Below are positions 10,399-20,456 of a stretch of DNA of 64,000 nt, piece by piece (within the stretch, counting starts at the first letter, position 1; the number at the start of each line of letters is the position of its first letter). Made by a program: the position numbers and the translations under genes. The notes beneath the pieces are model-generated. The model saw only the letters and a program-made list of their open reading frames with translations, did not search any database and was not told the DNA's origin. Origin of the DNA: an uncultured Bacteroidota bacterium (GTDB lineage Bacteria > CLD3 > SB21). The stretch lies in NCBI GenBank assembly GCA_964478735.1, contig CAYZJB010000001.1:5296-69295 (forward strand), in the 5' to 3' direction.

Positions 10399-11739
10399 AT
10401 GCGTTGGATATCGATAATTTTTATTGCCACTTCGGTTCACGCCCAGGAGATCGCCTCCATTGTTATCAGTGACACTCTGACGCTGGCGGAATGTGTCAGC
10501 ATCGCGTTGCAGAATCAGCCTGCGCTCGGAGCGTCGCAAGGGGCCGTCATCACGGCGGAGTCGGAATTTACCCAGGTACGGTCGTCGTTTTTCCCGCAGG
10601 CTCAGTTCGAAGCGGGTGCGTTCATGACCAACACACCGCTGCAACATCCCAATATCATCGCGCCGACGCCGACCGTCGACACGGAATCGAAGACCCAGTT
10701 TATCCCCTCGCTCCGTCTTTCGATCAAACAGCCGATCTACGATTTCGGGCGTACGGCCAAGGCGTTGGAATCGAAACGGAAGTTGATCGAAGCTTCGGAA
10801 CGTTCGCTCTCATCGACGGTAGACGATGTCATACTGAATGTGCATCTGGCCTATTACAATTATCTTCTTGCCCAGTCTGTCGTCAAAATTCAGGAAGACC
10901 GGGTGAACCAGGCCAAAAAACACCTTGAGCGCGCCTCTGGCTTTTTTGAGGTCGGCAAAATCCCCGAGTCGGAAGTCAGCAAAGCCGAACTGGAAGTGAG
11001 TAATGCACAGGTCGAGTTGATCAACGCGCGGGGAAAATCGCGATTGGCCAAAGTTAATCTGAACAACGCGATGGGCGTGACCGAAGTCGCCGAAAACCCT
11101 GGCGATTATACACTGGTAGCCGACGTCGCCTATGAGCCGTTTACGGCGAATCTCAAGGAATCGATCGACCAGGCTCTGCTGGGTCGAGACGAACTGGCGG
11201 GCGCCGACCTCAAAATTCGGGCGTGGCGTTCCGCCCTGGCCGCGGCGAAAAGCCAGTACTGGCCCATCATCACCGCCAGCGCGGGTTTTGGACCGTACAT
11301 CGTTTCCAGCGATCCCGCCAATCTTCTCGATAACTCTACCATAAAAGTAGGATATAACGTTGGCCTTAATTTTTCTTTTCCTATCTTTCAGGGACTGACG
11401 GTCCGGGCCGACATTGCGGAAGCGCTAGGCGGCATCCGGACGTCGACGGCACAATACAATGTCGTGCGTCAGAAGATCATTCAGGAAACACAGGAAAGAT
11501 ACTTCAGCGTCAAATATGCGGAAGAGCGGTACAAGGCGACGGAACACCTGGTCGAGCAGGGCGAACGAAATTTGCAGCTTGCGTCGGGACGATTTGAAAC
11601 CGGCGTCGGCAGCGCGATCGAAATCAGCGATGCCAATCTTTCGCTGGCCAATGCCAAAATCGACCGCATTTCCGCGTTATATCAGTATCAGATGGAAGTA
11701 GACCGGTTTAACCGGACGATCGGACAACTACGAAAGTAA
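10399..11739 (+). CDS. TolC-family outer membrane efflux protein
   Basis: Signal peptide; two helical-repeat halves typical of outer membrane factor proteins; lies upstream of MacA/MacB-like genes. Confidence 0.8.
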   Translation: MRWISIIFIATSVHAQEIASIVISDTLTLAECVSIALQNQPALGASQGAVITAESEFTQVRSSFFPQAQFEAGAFMTNTPLQHPNIIAPTPTVDTESKTQFIPSLRLSIKQPIYDFGRTAKALESKRKLIEASERSLSSTVDDVILNVHLAYYNYLLAQSVVKIQEDRVNQAKKHLERASGFFEVGKIPESEVSKAELEVSNAQVELINARGKSRLAKVNLNNAMGVTEVAENPGDYTLVADVAYEPFTANLKESIDQALLGRDELAGADLKIRAWRSALAAAKSQYWPIITASAGFGPYIVSSDPANLLDNSTIKVGYNVGLNFSFPIFQGLTVRADIAEALGGIRTSTAQYNVVRQKIIQETQERYFSVKYAEERYKATEHLVEQGERNLQLASGRFETGVGSAIEISDANLSLANAKIDRISALYQYQMEVDRFNRTIGQLRK

Positions 11740-11747
11740 TGGAGTGA

Positions 11748-12896
11748 TTGATGTCGAAACGAAAACTGTGGGCATGGGCTGGAATAGCAGTGGTTGCGGC
11801 GATTCTCGCGTCCGTCTATCTGGGGTCGACCAATTCCGGGTTTCAATATAAGCTGGAGCCGATCGAAAAAGGCGATCTGGCCGTCGTGATTACGGCCACG
11901 GGTCGCGTCAACCCGGTCACGCGGGTTCAGGTGGGGACGCAAATTTCCGGTACGATTTCGAAGATCTATGCGGATTTCAATCAGAAAGTCACCCGAGGAC
12001 AGGTTATCGCGCAGATCGATCCGACGTTTCTGAATGCACAGTTGCAGGAGGCGGAAGCCAATCTTGAAAAAGCCAAAGCCCAGGTCGTGCAAATGAAAAA
12101 AACGCTCGAACGTGCGTCGGAATTGTTCGACCGCAAACTGATCTCGCAGGCGGAGAAGGACGAAGCGGTAACCAATTACGATCTGGCCGTGGCGCAGGAA
12201 AAACAGGCCCGGGCGGCTTACAACCGCGCGGAAGTATCGCTTCAATATACCAACATCGTTTCGCCGATCGACGGCGTGGTGATTTCCCGCAATGTTGACG
12301 TCGGCCAGACGGTGGCCGCGAGCCTTCAGGCGCCGATCCTTTTTTTGATCGCCAACGATCTGTCCAAAATCCAGGTCGAGGCAACGATCGGAGAGGTCGA
12401 CATCGGCAAGGTCAAGGTCGGCCAGGAGGTGTCGTTTTACGTCGATGCCTATCCGGATGAAAAATTCAGCGGGCGGATCGGACAGGTCCGGCTACAACCG
12501 ATCACACAGCAAAACGTCGTGAGTTATGAAGTGATCATCGACGTCGTCAACAAGGAAAACAAACTCTTGCCGGGCATGACGGCCAATATTTCCATCATCG
12601 TCGACACGCGCAGCGACGTCTTGAAAGTTCCAAATATGGCCCTGCGATATCAGCCGTCGCTGAGCAAATCGCAGTATCAGACGTACGTACAACTGTACGG
12701 CGATCGCTTCGATCTCAAAAACACGGCCATGGTATGGACGCTGGATGAAACATCGGAGTTGCTGCCCATTCCCGTGCAGCCGGGCATTACCGACGGACAG
12801 TTTACGGAAGTGAACGGCGAAAAACTTCAGCCGGGGCTCCGAGTTATCACCGGCATTCAAACGGCTTCCGTCAAATCCATCGTGCCGGGACGCTGA
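11748..12896 (+). CDS. efflux transporter periplasmic adaptor subunit (MacA/HlyD family)
   Basis: N-terminal TM helix, coiled-coil hairpin and lipoyl/beta-barrel motifs; operon position. Confidence 0.8.
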   Translation: MMSKRKLWAWAGIAVVAAILASVYLGSTNSGFQYKLEPIEKGDLAVVITATGRVNPVTRVQVGTQISGTISKIYADFNQKVTRGQVIAQIDPTFLNAQLQEAEANLEKAKAQVVQMKKTLERASELFDRKLISQAEKDEAVTNYDLAVAQEKQARAAYNRAEVSLQYTNIVSPIDGVVISRNVDVGQTVAASLQAPILFLIANDLSKIQVEATIGEVDIGKVKVGQEVSFYVDAYPDEKFSGRIGQVRLQPITQQNVVSYEVIIDVVNKENKLLPGMTANISIIVDTRSDVLKVPNMALRYQPSLSKSQYQTYVQLYGDRFDLKNTAMVWTLDETSELLPIPVQPGITDGQFTEVNGEKLQPGLRVITGIQTASVKSIVPGR

Positions 12897-12898
12897 TC

Positions 12899-13696
12899 AT
12901 GACCGAATCGAACGTGATGACGATGGCGACTCCGAGCGATTTGCTGAGTCCTCCGCTTATCGCCGTCAAAAACCTTAAAAAAATATACCGCATGGGCGAG
13001 GTCGACGTCCTGGCGCTTCGGGGCGTGAGCCTCGAGATCCGAAAGGGCGAATTCGTTGCGATCATGGGGGCCTCCGGTTCGGGCAAATCGACCTTCATGA
13101 ACATGCTCGGCTGCCTCGATTCCCCGACGTCGGGCGAGTATTTGCTGGACGGCGTTGCCGTGGCGATGATGAGTAAGACGGAAAAGGCGCATATCCGGAA
13201 CCGTAAAATCGGTTTCGTCTTTCAGGGGTTCAATTTACTTTCCCGAACCTCGGCGCTCGAAAATGTCGAATTGCCGCTGCTGTATCAGGGTGTGCCGCCG
13301 AAAGAACGGCGCGAGCGAGCGATGGCGGCGCTCAGGGCGGTCGGCCTGGACAAACGGTATGATCACAAACCCAACGAACTGTCGGGCGGTCAGCAGCAGC
13401 GCGTTGCGATTGCCCGCGCCCTGGGGTCGCAGCCGCAGGTCATCCTCGCCGATGAGCCGACGGGGAATCTGGATACCAAAACATCGATTGAAATTATGGC
13501 CATTTTTCAGCGTTTGAACGATGAAGGCATTACGATCGTGCTGGTGACCCATGAAACCGACATCGCGCAGTATGCCCGGCGCAACGTCGTGTTTCGTGAC
13601 GGCCGGATCATCAAAGACATCATGGTGGAAACCCGGATGAATCCGGAAGAAGAAATGCGACGAGTACTCGCCACTTCAATCGTGGACAACGCCTGA
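12899..13696 (+). CDS. ABC transporter ATP-binding protein (MacB/LolD type)
   Basis: Walker [10 protein letters not shown], signature [15 protein letters not shown], Walker [12 protein letters not shown]. Confidence 0.88.
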   Translation: MTESNVMTMATPSDLLSPPLIAVKNLKKIYRMGEVDVLALRGVSLEIRKGEFVAIMGASGSGKSTFMNMLGCLDSPTSGEYLLDGVAVAMMSKTEKAHIRNRKIGFVFQGFNLLSRTSALENVELPLLYQGVPPKERRERAMAALRAVGLDKRYDHKPNELSGGQQQRVAIARALGSQPQVILADEPTGNLDTKTSIEIMAIFQRLNDEGITIVLVTHETDIAQYARRNVVFRDGRIIKDIMVETRMNPEEEMRRVLATSIVDNA

Positions 13697-14913
13697 TGGG
13701 AATGGAGTTTTCGAATATTCTGCGGCTCGCTTTCGACGCGCTCCTTCGGAACAAGATGCGCTCGTCGCTCACGATGCTCGGGATCGTCATCGGCGTCGGT
13801 TCGATCATTGCTATGACGGGAGTCGGGGCCGGGGCTCAAGGAGAGATCGATCGGCAAACGGAAACGTTTGGCACCAACCTGATCACGATTCGATCCGGCG
13901 GACAGACGCAGGGCGGTATTCGACTGCGGACGGCAAACTCACTCACGACCGAAGACGGCGATGCCATTTTACGCGAGTGCGATCTCGTGATCGCTCAGAC
14001 GCCCGCCGTCCGCACGGTCACGAGTGTGGTGTCGTCCGAACGTAACTGGGGCAGTCAGGTCTTCGGCGTCAATCCGAGTTTTACGACGGTTCGCAACTGG
14101 GGCATTGCCTCCGGCATCATGTTTTCCGATCAGGACTATCGCTCGGGTAATAAAGTCTGCGTGCTGGGCGCCACCGTAGCCAACAATCTTTTTGAAGGGT
14201 CCGATCCGATCTCGCAAATCATTCGGATTCATGGCGTGCCGTACCGCGTGATCGGCGTACTCGAACCGAAAGGCCAGCTCGCCGGAGGACAGGACCAGGA
14301 CGATCTCATCATCATTCCACTCACCACGTTTCTCCAGCGGATCGATGCCGATCAGGAGTTAAGTTATATTTATGTGTCCGTTCGCACCGCGCAGGACATT
14401 CCGGCGGCGATCGAACAGATTCGTGCCACGTTGCGGGCCGCTCATCGCATTCCGCCGTGGGGCGACGACGATTTTTCACTGAGGACCCAGGAACAGGTGA
14501 ATGAACTGGCCAAGTCGATTTCGAAAACAGTCTCCATTCTCATGATCATCGTTGCGTCGATCTCGCTCGTGGTCGGCGGAATCGGCATCATGAACATCAT
14601 GCTCGTCTCGGTGACCGAACGGACGCGGGAAATCGGGATTCGGATGGCCATCGGCGCGACGGAAAAAGACATCCTTTTGCAGTTCCTCGTCGAGGCCGTC
14701 GTATTGAGTCTGGTCGGCGGTTTCATCGGTATGGTCCTTGGCTTTATCACCGCTCAAACGGTGGAGTCGGTGATGCATTGGACGGTTCGGATTACCATGG
14801 CATCGATTTTTGTTTCCATTGGCTTCGCCGCCGGCGTTGGAATATTTTTTGGGTTTTATCCGGCAAAAAAAGCCGCTGCCCTCAACCCGATCGAGGCGCT
14901 GCGCTTTGAGTAG
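13696..14913 (+). CDS. ABC transporter permease (MacB/FtsX family)
   Basis: N-terminal TM helix, large periplasmic domain, C-terminal FtsX-like four-TM region. Confidence 0.82.
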   Translation: MGMEFSNILRLAFDALLRNKMRSSLTMLGIVIGVGSIIAMTGVGAGAQGEIDRQTETFGTNLITIRSGGQTQGGIRLRTANSLTTEDGDAILRECDLVIAQTPAVRTVTSVVSSERNWGSQVFGVNPSFTTVRNWGIASGIMFSDQDYRSGNKVCVLGATVANNLFEGSDPISQIIRIHGVPYRVIGVLEPKGQLAGGQDQDDLIIIPLTTFLQRIDADQELSYIYVSVRTAQDIPAAIEQIRATLRAAHRIPPWGDDDFSLRTQEQVNELAKSISKTVSILMIIVASISLVVGGIGIMNIMLVSVTERTREIGIRMAIGATEKDILLQFLVEAVVLSLVGGFIGMVLGFITAQTVESVMHWTVRITMASIFVSIGFAAGVGIFFGFYPAKKAAALNPIEALRFE

Positions 14914-14933
14914 CGAAGTTTAGCTCCGTTTTC

Positions 14934-16115
14934 ATGACCACATCAGACGACGTCATTTATCTCGATCATCACGCCACGACTCCCGTCGACCAACGTGTCG
15001 TCGACGCGATGCTCCCGTACTGGACGACCAAGTTCGGCAATGCGGCCAGCCATCACCACCGCCTCGGATGGGAAGCCGAAGAAGCCGTGCGACTCGCCCG
15101 TCAACAGGTGGCGCGCGTCATCGGGGCCGACCCGCGTGATATCGTTTTTACGTCCGGCGCCACCGAATCCAACAACCTGGCGATCAAGGGGGCGGCGGAA
15201 ACATACCGGCGTAAAGGAAATCACATCATCACGTGTGCGACGGAACACAAATGCGTCATTGACGTTGGCAAAGCGCTGGCGGCCAAAGGTTACGATGTGA
15301 CCGTACTTCCCGTGGATCGCGATGGATTTGTCTCCCCGGACGACGTGCGGAGGGCGATCCGGCCGGAAACCATTTTGATTTCGATCATGGCCGCCAACAA
15401 TGAGATCGGCACCCTTCAGCCGGTTCGCGAGATCGGTCGAATGGCGCGCGATCACGGCGTCCTTTTTCATACCGACCTTGCCCAGGCGTTCGGAAAAATT
15501 TCCATTCACGTCGACGACGATTTTATCGATCTCGCGTCCCTATCCGCTCATAAATGCTACGGACCCAAAGGTGTCGGCGCCCTATACGTACGTCGAAAAA
15601 AACCGCGGGTCACGTTGATGCCGCAGATGCACGGCGGCGGGCATGAGGACAACCTGCGCTCCGGTACACTCAACGTTCCCGGCATTGTCGGCTTTGGAAA
15701 AGCGGCCGCCATCGCCGAAGCGGAATGGCAGCAGGATTTCGACCGTACCGCATCCCTTCGGCAGCGCCTGTACGACAAACTGACGGCCTCGTTGTCCGGA
15801 GTGAATTTGAACGGTCCCGACTGGCGGCAGCATGCGTCGCTCGTCCGGCTACCCAACAATCTTAACGTGTCCTTTGAAGGTGTCGATGCCGAAGGATTGA
15901 TCCACGGGCTCAAAAATCTCGCGGTATCTACCGGATCGGCCTGTATGAGCGCCGTCAAAGAGCCATCCTACGTCTTGCGGGCCATCGGCGTGGACGATGC
16001 GCTCGCGCATGCGTCGATCCGTTTCGGGCTGGGCCGTCCGACGACGCAGGACGACATCGATCGTGCCGCGGAACGCATCATTCATGCGGTTCGAACACTT
16101 AGAGGGATTTCATGA
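14934..16115 (+). CDS. iscS: cysteine desulfurase (IscS/NifS, class V aminotransferase)
   Basis: SAHKCYGPKGVGALYVRR PLP-lysine region; SGTLNVPGIVG motif. Confidence 0.85.
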   Translation: MTTSDDVIYLDHHATTPVDQRVVDAMLPYWTTKFGNAASHHHRLGWEAEEAVRLARQQVARVIGADPRDIVFTSGATESNNLAIKGAAETYRRKGNHIITCATEHKCVIDVGKALAAKGYDVTVLPVDRDGFVSPDDVRRAIRPETILISIMAANNEIGTLQPVREIGRMARDHGVLFHTDLAQAFGKISIHVDDDFIDLASLSAHKCYGPKGVGALYVRRKKPRVTLMPQMHGGGHEDNLRSGTLNVPGIVGFGKAAAIAEAEWQQDFDRTASLRQRLYDKLTASLSGVNLNGPDWRQHASLVRLPNNLNVSFEGVDAEGLIHGLKNLAVSTGSACMSAVKEPSYVLRAIGVDDALAHASIRFGLGRPTTQDDIDRAAERIIHAVRTLRGIS

Positions 16116-16915
16116 ATCGGCGCGTCGGAGTTCTGTTGGTGGCGGGACTCGTCATTTCGTGTGGAGGCGATAAACGTGAAGCGGCGCGGCATGAACTGCG
16201 CCGGCTCGGGGTGGAATTTTCGGATAAATCCTATCTGCAGCGCCTGCGCCGCGGCGACGTCATCTTGATCAGCATATTCCTCAACGCGGGCATGGACGCC
16301 AACATGCGATTCACGCGCTCGCTCGATACCACCGCACTCGACGAACTCAATGAATCGACGGCGTTGATGGTCGTGGCGCGTGAAGGACATGCCAAGGCGG
16401 CGCGGCTGCTCATTCGACGAGGTGCGGAAGTGAATGCGAAAGCGGAAAACGGACAAACGGCATTGATGTACGCGGCACGGTACGCACCAAAGGAAACCGT
16501 CACGGAACTGGTCCAGAACGGCGCTCATGTGAACGACAAGGATCGGGACGGCAAATCGGCGTTGACGTTTGCCGTATTGCTCGACCGGCTTGTGATCGTT
16601 CGTACATTGCTGGACGCCGGCGCCGATCCCAACTCCAGGGATCGGTTTCATTTTACTCCGCTTATGCAGGCCGCTCTTAAAGGCAAAACCGACGTTATTC
16701 AACTTCTGCTGGATCATGGTGCCGACGTGGAGGCGGCCAATGCGGAGGGACGAACGCCACTGATGCTTGCAGCAGAATACGGCCGTGCCGCTGCGGTCCG
16801 AGTGCTGCTTGAACGAGGAGCGCGACGGGACGCCGTAACTTCGTCCGGAGAAACGGCGTATTCTCTGGCCATGCAAAAAAACCACGACGATATCGCCCAA
16901 ATGGTAAAAAATTGA
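16112..16915 (+). CDS. ankyrin-repeat lipoprotein
   Basis: Lipobox LVISCGG; at least 5 ankyrin repeats (G-TALM-AA, DKDRDGKSALTFA, GRTPLMLAAEYG...). Confidence 0.75.
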   Translation: MNRRVGVLLVAGLVISCGGDKREAARHELRRLGVEFSDKSYLQRLRRGDVILISIFLNAGMDANMRFTRSLDTTALDELNESTALMVVAREGHAKAARLLIRRGAEVNAKAENGQTALMYAARYAPKETVTELVQNGAHVNDKDRDGKSALTFAVLLDRLVIVRTLLDAGADPNSRDRFHFTPLMQAALKGKTDVIQLLLDHGADVEAANAEGRTPLMLAAEYGRAAAVRVLLERGARRDAVTSSGETAYSLAMQKNHDDIAQMVKN

Positions 16916-17017
16916 CCTGTTTCCGACCGATTTTTACCCGAAATTGACCTGTTTTTACTGAACCAATATTCCGTACTTCCGTAATCACGTTACCCTTTCA
17001 TTATCCGGAGACGGAGT

Positions 17018-17533
17018 TTGGTTGATTTTGATCTGGCGGATGCGGTCAATATTTTGAACCGAACGCCGAGGGTTCTGAATGCACAATTACGCGGTCTGGA
17101 TCGTCGTTGGACGGACGCCGAAGATCGGCACGACACACTGAATCCACGTCAAACGATCAAACACCTGATCGATCTTGAAGAGAATTTCTGGCTTCCGGCC
17201 CTCCAATCGATCCTCCATGACAGGCGTCCGATGCCGACGGATGCGAATATCGTAATGGAGCACCCCCCAACCATCAACAAACTGCTGGATCAATTTGGAA
17301 TGGCGAGGCGGAAAAATTTACGCGAGCTTGCCGACTGGCGGTTGACGCATGAGCAGCTTCAGGTTCGCGGTACGATTCCCGAATGGGGCGACACAACGGT
17401 TCGTCAATTGATATCTTCATGGGTGGCTCACGATCTGAGCCATTTGACTCATATTACCCGAGTGCTTATGGAACACTATGCCGCGGAGATCAGCAGCCAG
17501 CGTCTCTGCGAGTATCATACGATGACATCATGA
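17018..17533 (+). CDS. DinB/YfiT-like putative metal-dependent hydrolase family protein
   Basis: Approximately 170 aa four-helix-bundle-like sequence with a conserved His pattern (HDLSHLTHI). Confidence 0.45.
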   Translation: MVDFDLADAVNILNRTPRVLNAQLRGLDRRWTDAEDRHDTLNPRQTIKHLIDLEENFWLPALQSILHDRRPMPTDANIVMEHPPTINKLLDQFGMARRKNLRELADWRLTHEQLQVRGTIPEWGDTTVRQLISSWVAHDLSHLTHITRVLMEHYAAEISSQRLCEYHTMTS

Positions 17534-18381
17534 GCGGTGGCTTCATGTTGAAATGGAGTTGGATTCTGGCGGGTACGCTGTGGGCCCAGCAGCCCGACAC
17601 GGCGCTGCAGTCGTTGGTTCAGTCCGAACGTTCCTTTGCCACCCTGTCGGTGGCTGAGGGAATGCGCGATGCTTTTTTGGGAAATCTGGCTCCGGACGGC
17701 ATCATTTTCCGGCCGGGACCGGTGAACGGAATCGAATCATGGGCGTCAAGAAAAGCGGTTCCCGTTTTGCTGACGTGGGAGCCGGAGGCCGCGGACATTG
17801 CCTCGAGCGGGGACTTGGGATTTACAACCGGTCCCTGGGAAGCACGCGACTATGGGCCTCGGAAAAATCCACCGGCACACGGATACTATACGTCCGTATG
17901 GAAACGACAACCCGACGGACAATGGAAGGTTTTGCTCGACATCGGAACTTTTAATCCGGCGCCCGATACACCGGCTGTAACCTTTGCAGCCATGCCGTCG
18001 TACGGCGAACCACCGCCGTCGGGCGATACCGCCACGGCAAGAAAAAATCTCGAGTCGGCAGAGAAAAAATTATCCGAGGCCATTCGTCAAACCACATTCC
18101 GCGAAGGGGCAAAGCCTCATTTTCATGCCGGGGCGCGCATTCATCGGACCGAGCATTTTCCGGTTAAAGGGATCTCGACAAACGGCTCGGAGGGTTTTTG
18201 GAATCAATCGATCGCCTACGATTCGCCGCAATTTATAATATCGCGCGCGGTGGACTTTGCCTGTGTGTTTGGAACGTATCGGACAGGTGATGAGCACGGA
18301 AGTTACGTGCGCCTGTGGAAGCGTTCAGGCCATTCGTGGAAGGTCATTCTCGATCTTATGTCTCCGTACCCGCCGCAATGA
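17530..18381 (+). CDS. secreted protein with tandem NTF2-like (DUF4440/SnoaL-like) domains
   Basis: Signal-peptide-like N-terminus MLKWSWILAGTLWAQQ. Internal repeat ...YTSVWKRQPDGQWKVLLD... / ...YVRLWKRSGHSWKVILD.... Confidence 0.45.
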   Translation: MSGGFMLKWSWILAGTLWAQQPDTALQSLVQSERSFATLSVAEGMRDAFLGNLAPDGIIFRPGPVNGIESWASRKAVPVLLTWEPEAADIASSGDLGFTTGPWEARDYGPRKNPPAHGYYTSVWKRQPDGQWKVLLDIGTFNPAPDTPAVTFAAMPSYGEPPPSGDTATARKNLESAEKKLSEAIRQTTFREGAKPHFHAGARIHRTEHFPVKGISTNGSEGFWNQSIAYDSPQFIISRAVDFACVFGTYRTGDEHGSYVRLWKRSGHSWKVILDLMSPYPPQ

Positions 18382-18991
18382 TGGATCCATCCGTCTTTTT
18401 TCTTTTTCTCGCTGCCGCACTGACGCTTAATGTCACGCCGGGTCCCGACATGCTGTATGTGGTGTCACGCAGTCTGGCGCAGGGCTGGAGAGCGGGTGTC
18501 GCATCATCTTTTGGGATTGCAGCCGGTTGCAGTGTCCATACACTGGCCGTTGCCTTTGGTCTGGCTACGCTGTTGCAGACCGTACCGATCGTTTACCATG
18601 GCATCAGAATAGCAGGGGCTGTCTATCTGATAGTACTGGGCATTCGGCTTCTGACTCACCGCGTTTCGCGACAGGAAACCGTTGCCGTCACGCCGATGAC
18701 GACGAGTCAATTGTTTCGGCAGGGTTTTTATGACCAAATCTGCTAAACCTAAAAGTGGCTGTTTTTTTTCTCGCCTTCCTTCCGCAGTTTGTCGATACTT
18801 CACAACCGATCGCGATTCAGATATTAATGTTGGGGATCCTGTTCAATATATCGGGAACTTTCGTAAATATCGGTGTGGCTCTCGGCGCAGGATACATCGG
18901 TGATCGACTGCGTCCGGGCGGGTGGTTTCGTTGGATTCCCGGTGGTACGATGATTGGACTCGGTCTTCACTTGATGATAAAAAAAGAATAA
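18378..18991 (+). pseudogene. LysE/RhtB family amino-acid exporter, frameshifted (two ORFs, 18315..18746 and 18755..18991)
   Basis: The N-terminal ORF ends RQGFYDQIC*. The downstream frame continues ...NLLNLKVAVFFLAFLPQF..., the family-conserved region, after an in-frame TGA. The frame change lies next to T homopolymer runs around 18725-18770. Confidence 0.6.
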
Positions 18992-19013
18992 CGATAAGGA
19001 AAAGGAGAAACAG

Positions 19014-20348
19014 ATGACGATCCGGATAGTTGGCTGGGTAATGATGCTGGCAGTTGCCGGGCAGGCACAAACGTTTGATGCGAAAGAATTCCGGAACCGG
19101 CGCGATTCGGTATGTGCCGGAATGGGCGACGGCATCGGATTTGTTTTTGCAGGCATTCCTAACGATGCACCGCTCAAATTCCGGCAGGCTCCCGATTTTT
19201 ACTACCTGACCGGAATTGAAGAGCCCTACGCCATTCTGGTGCTTGTCGCCTCCAACCGGTCGTCGTTCCTGTTTGTACCGAAAAAATCCGAAATCCAGAT
19301 TTTCGTTGAAGGGCCGGGCATACTCGAAAAAGAAAATGCGGCAAGTGAATACGGACTGACGGCCGTTCTTTCGCTCGATCAGTTCTGGCCAACGCTGAGT
19401 TATATTGCCGGCAGCTCCCGTCTGTACCTGCCCCTGACGCCGTTGGATAACGTTCACCATGCGCGGGACGAAGCGCGAGGCCAGCAGATCCAGATGCTTT
19501 CCCATCCGTTGCTCGCGTCGGCGACGCCGTATCAGGCGGCGGTAGACAAATTGCGCGCTTTTTTCCCGGAGAAAAGCATACACGATATCAATCCGCTCCT
19601 CGACCGGCTGCGCTGGGTAAAAACGGAATATGAGATCGGCAAACTGCGCTTGTCCGGTAAAATCGGCGCGGAAGGCGTGAGAGAAGCGATCAAAGGAACT
19701 CGACCGGGCATGTACGAATACGAACTCGAAGCCGTCGCTCGATATTATTATGTCAAACGTGGAGCACGAGGCGACGCGTTTTCACCGATTGTGGCGTCCG
19801 GGCCCAATACGGCGACGATTCATTATCAGGGCAACCGCCGACAGATCCAGGCCAATGAAGTCGTGTTAATGGACTACGGCTGCGATTATGATTATTACAC
19901 TTCGGATATCACGCGGGTGTGGCCGTCGTCCGGAAAATTCAGCACCGATGAAGAAAAAATGTACGCGTGTATTCTTGAAGCGCGCCAGGCGATCATCGGT
20001 GCGATGAAACCCGGCGTGACGATCAATCAGCTCAAAGACATTGCCCATGCGGTGTACGTCAAACACGGATTTGCCCAGGAACACCTCGCGTGGGGCAAGT
20101 ACGTCGGTCACACCGTCGGCATTTCCGTTCACGACGTCACACCCTATTCCGATGATACGCCACTGGTTGCCGGAGTCGTATTCAATGTCGAGCCCGTGAT
20201 CGGAAATGCAGCCAAAAAGCTGCACATGCGGTTGGAGGATACCGTCGTGATCACGCCGACGGGGGCGGAAAATCTGACGGCAGATGTCCCGGTTGAACTG
20301 AAAGATATCTATGATCTGGTCAGGCAAAAGGGCCTGGGAGCCAAATAA
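19014..20348 (+). CDS. Xaa-Pro aminopeptidase (M24B family), secreted
   Basis: Signal peptide; aminopeptidase-P N-terminal domain followed by the M24 pita-bread domain (HYQGNRRQIQANEVVLMDYGCDYDYYTSDITR). Confidence 0.82.
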   Translation: MTIRIVGWVMMLAVAGQAQTFDAKEFRNRRDSVCAGMGDGIGFVFAGIPNDAPLKFRQAPDFYYLTGIEEPYAILVLVASNRSSFLFVPKKSEIQIFVEGPGILEKENAASEYGLTAVLSLDQFWPTLSYIAGSSRLYLPLTPLDNVHHARDEARGQQIQMLSHPLLASATPYQAAVDKLRAFFPEKSIHDINPLLDRLRWVKTEYEIGKLRLSGKIGAEGVREAIKGTRPGMYEYELEAVARYYYVKRGARGDAFSPIVASGPNTATIHYQGNRRQIQANEVVLMDYGCDYDYYTSDITRVWPSSGKFSTDEEKMYACILEARQAIIGAMKPGVTINQLKDIAHAVYVKHGFAQEHLAWGKYVGHTVGISVHDVTPYSDDTPLVAGVVFNVEPVIGNAAKKLHMRLEDTVVITPTGAENLTADVPVELKDIYDLVRQKGLGAK

Positions 20349-20456
20349 TAAAGACGTGCAACTATCGCTTGATCGCCTCGTATGTTTACGTGTTTTCAAG
20401 CAACTTCATACACGTATGTCGGTCTGATGATCACACAGAGCAAAGGAGAGTGATCA

